Positions 23,111 to 37,784 of a stretch of 64,000 nt of DNA are shown here, piece after piece. The notes beneath the pieces are model-generated. The model ran no database searches. It was not told the DNA's origin and saw only the letters and a program-made list of their open reading frames with translations. Location of the stretch: the NCBI GenBank assembly GCA_963575745.1, contig CAUYUJ010000203.1, forward strand, positions 248,001-312,000, in the 5' to 3' direction. A program made the translations under genes and the position numbers. The stretch's first letter is position 1. Every line of letters starts with the position of its first letter. The DNA is from Prorocentrum cordatum. Its lineage: Eukaryota.

Positions 23111-26100
23111 TGAGGAAGAGAGTCCATCTGGCGACGCGACCTATTATTTGCAATGCTGTCTACACGTTTAGCTCACGCAGATCAGAGCCCATCCGGCGCT
23201 TATGCGGAGATTCGCCGAATGCAATTTCATTCGGCGCCGAACGGGCTCTTTTCGAAAGGGCTGGGGAAGCGATCAAGACGGCCCCAGAAGGCCCGAAGAT
23301 AGTTCGTTTGCCATGCAGGAACTGGTGATCCTGGACCCCGGGGCCTCCTCCCCCAAGACAGATGGGCAAACTTTCCACCAACAGTACCTCATGTAGGACG
23401 GGGGAGAAGGGAGGATGAGAAGGTCCTCCTCCTCTTCCACCTCCTCCTCCACCTCCACCTCCTCCTCCTCCTCCTCCTCCTCCTCCTCCTCCCTCTCCAA
23501 ACTATGGTAGTGGTGGTGGAAAATGGGCCCATCAAAAACCAACCCTTTATCTGGGGCCGTTTTCTTTTCGCCAGCCGCGGGGGCCTAGGGAAGGCCCCGA
23601 GAACCCGAACATTGAGACAAAGGAGGACACGTTACCCTCTGCATCCGCTTGCTTCGTGGCGGCCTTTTCGCGCCGAAGGGGGCGGCGGCGGAGGCTCGTC
23701 AGAGCCGCCTTCGATCAAATATTTTCACATGCTCTTACGACTTAAACTTCGGCGGCGAGCGAGGGGGGGGGGACATGAGACGGACAAGGCCCTCTCCGAA
23801 GGCGGCGGGGCTTCTCAGAAGCCCTCCAGCCTTCTGAGAAGCTTCCCGTGTCTTTGGGGAAGGCTCACAACAACTTCTCAGAAAGCAGGAGGCCTTCCGA
23901 GCCTTCTTGGGGAAACCACAAGGTATCGACACCGCTTCTCCCCAGACCTCTCCCGGGCCGCGTTCTGACCAGACTTTCGAGGCGAAACCAGCTGTGGCGG
24001 CGAGGGCCTCTCAGGAGGCTCGAGAAGGGGAAAACGGGGGAAATGTACAGGTATGGGTAACGTCTCCCCCTCTGGCTTCTGGGAAGGCCGGCGCTCCACC
24101 CCCCCGCCCCTGGGCTCGCCGCCGCTGCAGAGCCGCGGGGCCGCAGGTGTTCTGCTCGCCTCGCCAGCAGCGCTCGGCCGTCGTGGCTCTGGCCTCCCGC
24201 GCCTCCTGCCCCACCCCGTCCCCCACCTCTCCTCCTCCAGCCTCCTCCGCCCTTCTCCTCCCAACCCTCCCCCCCGCCCCTCGGCCCTCTGGTGACAATG
24301 TCTCTGACCCCCTGCCCCTTCCTATTCCTCCTCGGCCCTCCTTCTCCTTTTTCCCCCTCCTCGACCGCCTTCTGCTTCTCCTCGTCTCTCTCCTCCCGCC
24401 CCTCATCCTCCTCATGACCCCGCCTCCTCTCGTCCGACGTCCTCCTCTGAACAGTCTGTCGACTATCCCGCGTCATGCCGCATTTTTCTTTCCTTCCGGC
24501 TCCATCCTGCCCTCCTCTTCCTCCTCCCCCCTCCCTCCCTCCCTCCCCGTTTTCGCTCCTCCCTCCTTTTTCCTCGCTCCCTTTCCTACCAGTAGGTAGG
24601 AGACATCAAATTAAGCCCAGCTTCTTCCACCGGGCACGACCCCACCAATACGCCGACATAGGGAGAGGGGGCCAGTTAGCACTTGCCCCGTGCAGGACCC
24701 CATGGACAGCAGCAAGGACCGAAGAAGCAAAACCCCCCAGAGTGGTGAAGTGCATGCAGGAATGAATGCCCGCGGAGCATCTGCGCAACGACCCATGTGT
24801 TCAATCATTGCGAAGGAGGCAGGGCCCAATGCCCTTGGAAAGGTCTGGGAACTTGACCTGTCTGATCTGGATTCGTTCAAAGAAGTCAAAGACATAACGA
24901 GATGGGCTTGGGTCATTATCCTGCTCAAATCCACGGACTGCGTCGGCATACAAGCAATCACCCCAGACACCTTTGCCCTGGGTATCTAGATGCCCATTCC
25001 AAACAAACGTTCTGCAACAATGACGAACATGCCCACCCGGCCTGAGTCGGCGGACATAGCTGAAATGCCATCCGTGCCTCGGTTGTGGAACGGTGGGCTG
25101 GCCATTTTCATGCGCCGCACTTGCCGCACGTGGGCGGAGACATACCTTACACGGGCCCTCCTGAAGGCCCAATTGAGGATACACGTCAAACCGTGGACCT
25201 TCGATGGGTTGTTGAAAACCCCTCGGTCCAGCAGGGAAACAATCATCCCAGCGGAATTGGTTATCCTCGGCCTTGCAGCCCCTGCCCAAATTGCGGCGGC
25301 AAAGAGTGCGTGCTCGCGAGTCTGTCAAACGAGCTAATTACTGTGACACATGCCAGGCCAACCTGCACTGCAGCACTGCTATGCGAAGGGAGGCCCGCCT
25401 TGGTCGTCGGGATCACCCTGGCGGCAAACTAATTTCCCTGAGTGCGACCTACTCCCAGCCGCACCTGCAAAAGTTCGGTTCGCTTCGCGCACCCGTCGCG
25501 CGCTGCACGCTGTCGATTGCTCCTATAGGCTGCGCGAGAGGAGCATCCGCTGTCGCGGTGGGCCGCAAGACCACGCCAGGAAGGGCGAAACGGACAGCTG
25601 GCCACAGTCCAGCTGGCCGAGAGTGAGACTGCCAGGGAAGCCCCCAAAAAGAGCATGCTTCCATACCCCGGAGGAAGCCACTCTCAAATGGGGGCTCCGC
25701 TGCCCAGTCGCAGTCTTCTTCCCTCCTCCGTTATCCAAGGGCCTGAGACAGACGCCTCGGACAACAGGACGGCTTTGCACGTCAGCGCTTCCACGTCGAG
25801 CAATCTGCGTCTTGTCGTAGAAACAATCGTGCTTGGCATCCCGGCGCGGTGTGCGGGCAGGTCGCGCCGCCCGACTCTCGCGTTCTGCGCGGGTGGCTGG
25901 GCGGAGGCGCGCGAAGCACCCCGCCGCCCGCCGGGCCGCGGCGTCGCGCGGCAGGCGAATCCGCGATTGGCGCGCTGGCCCACGCCATCGATCCCGAGGC
26001 ATGGGCCACGGGCACCCGTCCGAGACGGACAACAAGCTGCACCCGGGCCACGGACAGGTACTTCTGGGCCGAGGCGGGCTGGCTCACGGGAGGAGCTCCC

Positions 26101-26759
26101 CTCTCGCTCGCAGAGTCGCAGAGGGGACGGGCCCTCTCCTGCTGCTGGCTGCTGCCGGCGGTGTCCCGACGTCCACCCTCCCATCGAGGACCCCCAAGAC
26201 GGTGTGGTGACCACCACGCCGTGTGGCGAGTCAGTTTTGGGACCCCCGATCATATGGCAGTTATGGACCACTCCCGCCGCAACCACACCAGTGACCAGCG
26301 CGTGCACCAGGACCAACACCACGCTGCTGCCGTAGCAGGGCCCTCCCGGGAGCGCAAGTTGGCGGTGCCAGCCCGTGTAACGGGCGCCGCCGCTCAGAGC
26401 CTGGGCAGGCCTGACATCGACCTGAGCGCCTCGCGAATGTTTTCTCATTCGGCGTTTCGACATTGGGCGGAAGGGGGGGGGGGCGGGGATCTTGCTCCGG
26501 ACCTCTGCTTAACCCGCCTGTTTGCAACTGTGCGTCCCATGGGGGAGACTCGTCCTGCTCGAAACAGGCGCCAAAAAAACCGAGATCTACTCCATGAGGG
26601 GGGGGTAGGAAGGGGGGGGTGCGAGGGCCCGCGCCAATCGGCAAAACAATGAATAAGAATTATTCACTGCGTGGGGATCCCCATATGTGCATCTCCTTGC
26701 TGGCGCTCCCTTGGTGGTGGGACTCGGTGAGGACGAATCTGGATTTAAGTGTGACTGAG

Positions 26760-27860
<1,101 letters not shown>

Positions 27861-28009
27861 CTACTGGCTTCTGACGGAGTCTGGGTTAGGTGAGCCTGAG
27901 TGTGGGTGAGTCTGAGTATGGGTACGTCTGTGTGTGCCTGACTCTGAAGAAATGAATCTGAGTGTGAGTGAGCTTGTGTATGAGTGAGTCTGGGTGCGAG
28001 TCTGAATCC

Positions 28010-28930
28010 CAATGGTGCCCCTGGCAGTGTCTGGCGACTAGGAGGCCCGGGTCGACTCCTCTTTGGGAAGCCAAAATGCTGCCCCTGGCAGCGTTTGGTG
28101 ACTATGAAGCCCCTGGTGGACCCCCCCTGGGGCTCCCAAATGATGCCCCTGGCAGCGTTTTGTGACCATGAGGCTCTCAAGAGATACATGTTGGGGACGC
28201 CAAACGGCAATTCTAGCTGAGGCGTCCCACCAAAATCGGCGCGAACGGGCTCGTGAGATCAGCCAGGGTGGCTCCCCCTTGGGGCTCCCAAGTGATGCCC
28301 CTGGCAGCGTTTTGTGACCATGAGGCTCTCAAGAGATACATGTTGGGGAGCGCCAAACGGCAATTCTAGCTGAGACGTCCCACCAAAATCGGCGCGAACG
28401 GGCTCGTGAGATCAGCCAGGGTGGCTCCCCCTTGGGGCTCCCAAATGATGCCCCTGGCAGCGTTTTGCGACCATGAGGCTCTCAAGAGATACATGTTGGG
28501 GAGCCAAACGGCAATTCTAGCTGAGGCGTCCCACCAAAATCGGCGCGAACGGGCTCGTGAGATCAGCCAGGGTGGCTCCCCCTTGGGGCTCCCAAATGAT
28601 GCCCCTGGCAGCGTTTTGTGACCATGAGGCTCTCAAGAGAGACATGTTGGGGAGGCCAAACGGCAATTTTAGCTGAGACGTCCCACCAAAATCGGCGCGA
28701 ACGGGCTCGTGAGATCAGCCAGGGTGGCTCCCCCTTGGGGCTCCCAAATGATGCCCCTGGCAGCGTTTTGTGACCATGAGGCTCTCAAGAGAGACATGTT
28801 GGGGAGGCCAAACGGCAATTCTAGCTGAGACGTCCCACCAAAATCGGCGCGAACGGGCTCGTGAGATCAGCCAGGGTGGCTCCCCCTTGGGGCTCCCAAA
28901 TGATGCCCCTGGCAGCGTTTTGTGATCATG
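28010..28930. repeat. ~152 bp near-identical tandem repeat (5 full copies plus partials) flanked by TGAG-rich tracts
   Basis: TGATGCCCCTGG at 28141, 28293, 28446, 28597, 28749 and 28901. Confidence 0.95.
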
Positions 28931-28984
28931 AGAGAGTGTGAGTGTGAGTGAATGTGACTGTGAGTGAGTCTGAGTGAGAGTGAG

Positions 28985-29237
28985 TCTCATCTTATCTTAT
29001 CGAGTCCTATCTTATCTTACCTTTATTACCCTCTATCTTATCTTATCTTGAAATCTCTTATCTTGTCTTAGCTTATCTTATATCAACTCATCTTATCGCA
29101 TCATATCTTGTCTTATCTTATTACTCCATAGGCTGTCTTATCTTATCTATTATCCTACCTTGTCATATATCTTATCTTACCTTATCATATATTGTGCTAT
29201 CTTATCTTGTAGTATCTTATCTTGTCTTGTCTTATCT
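28985..29237. repeat. (TCTTA)n pentamer tract
   Basis: Direct reading. Confidence 0.9.
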
Positions 29238-32200
29238 GGTGATTATCATTGGGAGGAGGGAGGCGCGAGCGGGAGGAAGGAGGAGCAGTGGGAGGCGTCA
29301 GAGTAATAACAAGAACCCCAATCCTTAGGATATGGGGAAAAAGAAACCGATCACCTCCAAACCAGCGGGGGGGGCCTTGCCCGACGCCTGGGCGCACTCA
29401 GGGGCACGCCGTCCAATGAGGCTGGCAGCCTGATCGCGAGCCACCGGGCGGGGACGGCCGAAAGCGGGAGAATGCCTGCGGCTGCGGCCCAAGACTCTCC
29501 GGGAGTCTCCAACGGCCTTGACCAAAACAGCCATGGGCACTCCCCATCTGTCCTCCCCCTCCTCCTCCTCCTCCTCCTCCTCCTCCTCCTCCTCCTCCTC
29601 TCCGCCTCCTCTTCGTCTTCCTCCTCCTCCTTCTTCTCCTCCTCCTCCTCCTCCTCCTGCTCCTCCTCCTCCTCTTCCTCCTCCTCCCCCTCCTCGTGCT
29701 CCCAACTTCCCTCCCTCGACCGGCATCCGCTTAGAATCTGCCCACGGACCCCTCTGATATTCATCGGCCCGGAGGGGTCTCCGAAGACCCCAAGTGGCGA
29801 GAAACCTTCCCGCAACCGTCCTCCTCGATCCTCCTCCCCTCGCCGCGCTCTTCCTCTCGCGCCCGCTCGGCCACGCGCACAGAGGTACCCCACGCAGGCA
29901 GGAGTGCCCTCCTGCGCGCCCGGCTCTTGGGGAGCGCGACGGGGTGGCCAGACCCAGGCGCGCAAGCCGCTGCCGTCGCATCGAGTTCAGCGGGCGGGGG
30001 ACTAAGACGAAGTCAGGATCGGGGCAAAATCGGACCAGGATAAATCGGAGGTCTCTGGGATCTGGCGGCCCTCGAGGATATATGAGGCGCCGCGGCTGTC
30101 TCAGAGCGTTCCCGAACGCTCCAGCAGCGCTCTGGAACAATATGGGATGATCTATCTCCTCCTCCTTATCGTCCTCGTCTTCGTCCTCGTCCTCCTCATG
30201 TTCCTCCTCGTCCTCCTCCTCCTCCTTGTTTGACGCTGCTCGGACTGAATGCTGCAGCATGGAGCGAGCCGTGCGAAAGGAACAAATCACTTGCAGATTG
30301 CTGCCTTCGGCAAAGTGCAAAAAAATAGGCCTGGCGGGCGCAGCAAGAATAGGAAGGGCCAATATACGCGAAAAGAGAGCATGGCCCTTGGACCTTCGAG
30401 CAAGCGCCCGCCATGCCGCAATCATCCGCTAAGCCTGGTAGTTCCTCGGTGCTCCCCGTACCCTATAGCAAAAGCGCCACCTCCCGCTTCAGCTCATCCA
30501 GGCAAGCTGTGACGCGGTGAGAAAAAAAAGAGAGTGCACATTAGTATGTTGAGGCAAGGCGAGGTGAGTAAGAGAGGGGCGCGCAAGTTGTGCCGGGGCT
30601 GGCACAGGCTGGGCTGGCTGGCCCTCTAGAGAGAGAGAGAGAGAGAGGAACAAAACACATTTCTTGGGCTGCTACTTTTTTTCGGCTCCTCGGGTGGAGG
30701 CCCTTTTCACCGTTTCAATTTCTTGGGGGGGGTCCCCCGTCACTGTGGCCACCATTGTGCCTGTTGTACCCCCCCTGAAGGTAGAGCCTGCTGAGGCTAA
30801 CACTGAGTAGGCTGGCCTGTGATGTGAATGAGAGCGCGCAGCTAAGCGTAAAGAACCAAGCGAGTGTGATAGACAGTGTACTGGCAAGATAAGGATGATT
30901 GGCCTGTAGCAGTTGGGTGGGGACACTCTCTGTGTGCAGGGGTTCCCGAAATAACAAACGAACACGACTAAAGTGCGTAATTGAAACCGCGTAGGCTGCG
31001 CAAAGAGAAGCTGTCGAGTAGCGGCTGCTTTGACAGCGAAATGCTACTGAGGTGTTGCGAGGAAGCTAAGTGCCTCGACCAATAGAAGGTTAGCGATCGA
31101 AGGGTAGAGGTGAGCAATCAGCAGGCACCGAAGCTGACTGGCCGAATATGGCTGGGACAGAAAAAAAACACATCGTGAATAGCATCACGTGCTTTTCGCT
31201 TCGCAACCCGATCTCGTCCCCCAATCAAGGCCCGCCACCATCCCAACCCAAATAGATAGGTCAGCTAGCAAATGATCTAGTGAGCAATGAGCAGGCACTC
31301 GAGAAGACTGGCCGAGTGTGGCTGTCCACGTACTGTCGCGTGGGACAGGATGAAGGCATGCCGCGTGTAGCATCACGCGCGGCACGCACCCCAACCTCCA
31401 CCCTCGTACCCGCCAGATCCCCGCCATCAGGACGCTGCTAGGCCGGCGCTGCCTGGCCGATGGCATTGGCACGCAAGAGGCTGGGGCTGTATTAAGAAGA
31501 CCAAGCAATAAAAATCCAAGCCACGTAAGAGAGGACTGGCAGCTGTGATGCACTAAGTTGGCCTGGCTGTAAGGAGGCAAACTAAAGACTGTAAGTGACG
31601 TGCTGCCCTATGGCTAGAAGATGCAGGAGGGAGAGAGGATATATAACAGGCAAAGATGTGTGGCAGTGGATGGCGACGGCTGTACCTGCTGATGCTTACG
31701 CTGTAAGGCTGGCCTGTGTAGGCTGGCTCCTCCTCCTCCTCCGCCTCCTCCTTCTCCTCATCCTCCTCTAGTATCCTCCTCCTCGATCCTCGTCCTCTAT
31801 CATTATCCTCCTCCTCCCCCGCCTCCTCCTCCTTCTCGTCCTCCTCCTCCTCCACCCCCTCCTCCTCCTGGACCTGCCGGCGGTGGGCCACTCCTACGTG
31901 TTGTCGGCCCCTGCGCGCGACGTCTGGGCGCACGCGCGCTCAGCCTGGCGCGGCCTGAGGGCGCGGCGGGCTGTGGCGCGCGTCGCCAGGGCACAGGGTC
32001 CTCCTCCCCCATCCCATTCCTCACGTCACCACTCCTCTTCCCCCGTCTCCTCCTCCTCCCTCCTCCTCCTCCTCCTCCTCACCCTCCTCCTCCTCACCCT
32101 CCTCCTCCTCCTCCTCCTCCTCCTCTTTTCTCTTTTTCTTCTTCTTCTTCTTCTTCCTCCTCCTCCGCCTGTCTCATCCTCCTCTTCCCCATCGCTACTT

Positions 32201-32680
32201 CTCCTCCTGCTCCTCCCTCCCTCCTGCCTCCTCATCCCACCTACACCTCAACCTCATCAACTCCTCTCCTTCCCGTGCCCTTCCGACCCCCCCTCCTTTC
32301 CCCTGCGAAAATCTGCCGCAGGCCCTCCAAGACCGAAGGAGGAGATTTACGGGAGCGCTTTCTGCACGTGCTCAAACCATGTCTGCGCTCAAGGGTTGGA
32401 TATTGCATCCATCGAGCAGCACTGTTCGAATGGAGCGCGGTTCCATATTCGCGCGCAGTGTTCTTCGTGCTGCAGTACCTGCGCCGTTTACAGGAATCGG
32501 GTCCGCCTCAGTGCCAGCACGTTGCGGGCGTGCGAGAATGCCAGGTACTATCGGAGGTGAGGGGGTGAGATCGAAGTGGAACGGAGAGCCCCCCTTCCGG
32601 GAAATCGATTTCGGTTTCGTGTTCGTGCGTGCCGTGCGTGCGGGCGAGGCGAAGCTGCGTGGGCGGGCGAGAGGAAAGTC

Positions 32681-32831
32681 TCCTGTGGCTGAGGCGCGGC
32701 CGGACCAAATGATTCTCCACCGGGCGGCCGGTGGCGCGCGGTGTCCTGCCGGTGTCCCGGTGGTGTCCTGTGGCTGAGGCGCGGCCGGACCAAATGATTC
32801 TCCACCGAGCGGCCGGTGGCGCGCGGTGTCC
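32681..32831 (+). repeat. Local direct duplication, period ~86 bp
   Basis: TCCTGTGGCTGAGGCGCGGCCGGACCAAATGATTCTCCACCG occurs twice. Confidence 0.9.
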
Positions 32832-32876
32832 CGCCGGTGTCCCGCCGGTGTCCCGTCGGTGTCCCGTCGGTGTCCC

Positions 32877-32911
32877 GATGATGATGATGATGTTGATGTT
32901 GATGTTGATGT

Positions 32912-32961
<50 letters not shown>

Positions 32962-33635
32962 GTGCTGATGATGATGTTGGTGATGATGATATCGATAGAG
33001 AGACCGAATGTGATATCGATAGTGAGACCGAATGTGAGATCGATTGTGAGATCGATAGAGAAATCGATAGTGAGACCGAAAGTGAGATTGATTGTGAGAT
33101 CGATTGTGAGATCGATAGTAAGATCGATTGTGAGATCGATTGTGATATCGATAATGAGATCGATAGTGAGACCGAATGTGAGATCGATAGTGAGATCGAT
33201 AGTGAGATCGATAGTGAGATCGATAGTGAGACCGAATGTGAGATCGATGGTGAGATCGATAGTGATATCGACAGTGAGATCGATAGTGAGACCGAATGTG
33301 AGATCGATAGTGAAATCGATAGTGAGACCGATTGTGAGATCGATTGTGAGATGGATTGTGATATCGATAATGAGATCGATAGTGAGACCGAATGTGAGAT
33401 CGATTATGAGATCGATAGTGAGATCGATAGTGAGATCGATAGTGAGACCGAATGTGAGATCGATTGTGAGATCGATAGTGATATCGATAGTGAGATCGAT
33501 AGTGAGACCGAATGTGAGATCGATAGGGGAAATCGATAGTGAGACCGAATGGGAGATCGATAGTGAGATCGATAGTGAGACCGAATGTGAGATCGATAGT
33601 GAGATCGATAGTGATATCGAGAGTGAGATCGATCG
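32877..33635. repeat. (GAT)n grading into a 12-mer minisatellite (GAGATCGATAGT / GAGACCGAATGT)
   Basis: Direct reading; dense ATCGAT palindromes. Confidence 0.95.
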
Positions 33636-33899
33636 AGTGCGACGTTGGTCCCTCCCCCCCCTTACCTCCTTATCCCCCGAAGGGTGGTCGTATAGGTCTA
33701 GTAAGATTCCTGTCAATCTCCTAAGTTCCCCTCCGCCACCCAGGTCACAATGGGACGTGCATGGCTCCCCACCCGCCCACTGGCCCGCTGCAGGGACGCC
33801 TTCACAGAATTCGCCGGCCCAACGGGCCAGAGGCCTGCTAAGATCTTCTGCAACTGGTTTAGAACACTTCTACTTCGCGCGCGCGCGGGACACTCTGGA

Positions 33900-36301
33900 G
33901 GTCCCCGAGCGAAAGAAACCCGACAAGGACCCCCCAAGGATGCCAGAACTCCCCGGGCCAGTTTTCAAGACCCCAAGAAGGCCCCAAGCCGGTCCAAGCA
34001 AGCCCCGCATCGCTGAAAGATCGGTCCAAGACGCCCAAGATGGCCTCCAGTCGGCCGAACAAGCACCCAAGACATCCCAAGAGGCCATCAAGAGCATTCC
34101 TAAGAGGGCTTCGAGAGGTCAGAAGGATCAATGCTTCGTAGTTTCAATCAATGTTCTGTGGGTTTTCCACGTTTTGAATTTCCCACGCTTCAACACGTCC
34201 CAAGAGGTCCCCAAGACCTCCCCAAGACGGCGACAGAGACCCCCAAGAGGGCCCGAAGACGGCCCAAGAGGCGCCCAAGACAGACAGAGGGGGAACCCGG
34301 AGGCCCCAAGAGGCCCCCAAGAGGTTCCAAGAGGCCCCAAAGAGGCCCCACGAGGCCCAACAGATGCCTCAAAACAACACCCCAAAGCCTCAGAACTGCC
34401 TCTAGGAGGCCCCTGACAGACCTCGACGAAATCCGGACGAATATCCAAGAGGCGTCGGACCCACTACCCGGGCACGGTGGCGGGATGGGCCGAAGGCCAT
34501 TAGATCCGCCGCCCCCTGTGGTCTTGCCACAGGGGTGCACGGCGTGCTGGATGTTTCAGGTTTTGGTTTTGGTTCTTATTCTAAAAGAACTCCCCAGTGG
34601 GCTTCGGCCCGTCCCGCCGGCCACCCGCAAGTTTCCGAAAATCCATCTGTCAATGCCTTTGTTGCCCCAACTTGGCCCAAGATGGCCTCCAAGACGGCCA
34701 AAATGGCCCAAGATGGCCTCCAAGATGCTTCCAAGACGGCCAAGATGGCCTCCAAGACGGGTAAGATGGCTCCAAGATGCACCCAAGACGGCCCAAGATG
34801 GCCTCAAGATGGTCTAAGACGGCCCAAAAGGCCCGCAAAAGGCCTCCAAGACGGCCCAAGAGCCCTCCAAGACGCCCTCCAGGAAGGCCCGAATAGGTTA
34901 AATCATTGATTTTCCTTAGGTTTTTCAAGGATTTTGGCATGTTCTTCTTTTCAGCTCTCCGACGGCCCAAGACGGCCCAAGAGGTCCCCAACATCGCCCC
35001 AACAGCACCCAAGAGGCCTCCAAGATGGCCCCATGACGGCCCAAGAGGCCCCCAAGAAGGCCCCAAGAGGGCCTCAAGACGGCCCAAGAGGCCTCCAAGA
35101 CGCCCAAGATGGCCTCCAAGACGGCCAAGATGGCCTCCAAGACGGGTAAGATGGCTCCAAGATGCACCCAAGACGGCCCAAGATGGCCTCAAGATGGTCT
35201 AAGACGGCCCAAAAGGCCCGCAAAAGGCCTCCAAGACGGCCCAAGAGCCCTCCAAGACGCCCTCCAGGAAGGCCCGAATAGGTTACAATCATTGATTTTC
35301 CTTAGGTTTTTCAAGGATTTTGGCATGTTCTTCTTTTCAGCTCTCCGACGGCCCAAGACGGCCCAAGAGGTCCCCAACATCGCCCCAACAGCACCCAAGA
35401 GGCCTCCAAGATGGCCCCATGACGGCCCAAGAGGCCCCCAAGAAGGCCCCAAGAGGGCCTCAAGACGGCCCAAGAGGCCTCCAAGACGCCCAAGATGGCC
35501 TCCAAGACGGCCAAGATGGCCCAAGATGGCCTCCAAGATGCCTCCAAGACGGCCAAGATGGCCTCCAAGACGGGTAAGATGGCTCCAAGATGCACCCAAG
35601 ACGGCCCAAGATGGCCTCAAGATGGTCTAAGACGGCCCAAAAGGCCGGCAAAAGGCCTCCAAGACGGCCCAAGAGCCCTCCAAGACGCCCTCCAGGAAGG
35701 CCCGAATAGGTTAAAATCATTGATTTTCCTTAGGTTTTTGAAGGATTTTGGCATGTTCTTCTTTTCAGCTCTCCGACGGCCCCAGACGGCCCATGAGGTC
35801 CCCAACATCGCCCCAACAGCACCCAAGAGGCCTCCAAGATGGCCCCATGACGGCCCAAGAGGCCCCCAAGAAGGCCCCAAGAGGGCCTCAAGACGGCCCA
35901 AGAGGCCTCCAAGACGCCCAAGATGGCCTCCAAGACGGCCAAGATGGCCCAAGATGGCCTCCAAGATGCCTCCAAGACGGCCAAAATGGCCTCCAAGGCG
36001 GGTAAGATGGCTCCAATATGCACCCAAGACGGCCCAAGATAAACCCAGAGTAGCCACAAAGGCACTCAAGAGACCTCCTCCTCCATTGCCCCCCTTCCTA
36101 TCTCTCCTCTCCTCCCCGTCCTCCCCCACGTGTTCCCCGAAGGCTGTAAAGACCGATTCGGGGAACATATGGCCCAATAACTTGGCAGACCTCTGGCCAC
36201 AGCAGTCGGCCGCATCGGCGCTTCCGAAAGGGCAGGGGGCGGCGGTGATTCGCCGTAGGCGTCTTCGATATGGGGTGGCGGAATGAGCGAGGCGATTCAA
36301 T
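33900..36301 (+). mobile_element. CCAAGA-rich element(s) with a 385-428 bp higher-order tandem repeat and structured GGYGGCGG-hairpin termini
   Basis: GAATAGGTTA anchor at 34891, 35276 and 35704. Hairpin motifs at 34466-34550 and 36237-36301. Confidence 0.6.
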
Positions 36302-36749
36302 AAAGTATTGTAGAGGAAGGCGCACGAAGTCTGAATCCCAAACCTCGAGCGCAGTCCTGGTTGTCAAGAGGTGGCGTTCGAAACAAATAGTCCTCCTTCT
36401 CCTTCCTCATTTCATCAAGGTCCCCGTCCTGATCCTCCTCCTCCTCCTGCTCTTTCCCATTTCTCCTGTCCGCCCTCCGCTTCCTACTCCTCCGCCTCCT
36501 CCTCCTCCACTTCCTCCTCCTCCTCCTCCTCCTCCTCCTCCTCCTCCTCCTCTAATTCCGCCTCCTCCTCCTCTTTGTCTTCTTCCCGCTCTCGGCACCT
36601 AGGAAACCCTGCAGAGGCCACCTAGAACGTCAGAAGCAACATCTCCCTCCTCGTCCCTCTCCCTCCTCTCCTCCTCCTCCAACTTATAATTATTAGTATT
36701 CTGAGTATTCGTATTATGAATATTATTGTTGTTAGTATTCTTATTCGTA

Positions 36750-37055
<306 letters not shown>

Positions 37056-37784
37056 ATTATTAGTATTATACGTATCCTCCTCCTCGTCCTCCTCCTCCCC
37101 GCTGGTCATTCCGAGAACCTTTCGAGAAGTAGCATGGCGAAGGGCCCCAAACCCGATGCAGCTGCGTACAGCGCAGGGCGTGGCCCTCTCTGCATGTGCT
37201 GCGCGCCGCGGGCCAGTGCGGGGAGGAAGCCGCGGAGCGGGCGGGCACAATCGCGCTGAACTCCCCGTGGGCCACGATCTGTTTGAGAGGTCTGACGATT
37301 TCGGCGGAGACACACGCGTGAGCGCACCCACCGAAGCCTCAGGTGGAACCCCCTGTGGGGCACGCTCCGCGCGAGAGGTGTGCCGACTCGGGCGGAGGCC
37401 CGCGCATGAGCTTGTCCGCAAGGGCATTCGGTTCCCAGTGCGCGCTCCATGAGGGGTGTGCCAGTGGCAAAGGGCCGCACGCAGACCCTGTCACTCTGGC
37501 CGAAGGGCCCGGGCGAAGGGCGTGCCGAAATGGCCCTGGGGCAGGGAAGGAGGAGAGGGAGGAGGAGGAGGAGGAGGAGGAGGAGGAGGAGGAGGAGGAA
37601 AAGGAAGAGGAGAATAAGAAGAAGACACTCCCGCGGTCGCGGGTCGCCCCCTCGGGGGCCGCCGCGCCCGAGCGCCCGCGGCCGCGGGCACTCAGCGCGG
37701 GAGCCAGCGGCGTCGCCAGCTCGGCGCTCGGCGCCTCCTCAGATGAGGAGCACGAAGGAGCCGCCGACGAGCTCCGCGTCGGAC

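Noticed and set aside
28141..28930. 152-bp array as CRISPR
   Set aside because: No variable spacers.
32508..34416. 402-aa IDLT and 561-aa IVRS repeat ORFs
   Set aside because: A 12-mer minisatellite open in several frames on both strands; no evidence of coding.
34467..34482. CCGGGCACGGTGGC match to the Alu/7SL 5' end
   Set aside because: Similarity stops after ~14 nt, and the downstream sequence and fold differ.
34131..36300. PRWPPRR / LGGHLG repeat ORFs
   Set aside because: They come from the CCAAGA satellite, and the 385 and 428 bp periods break frame.
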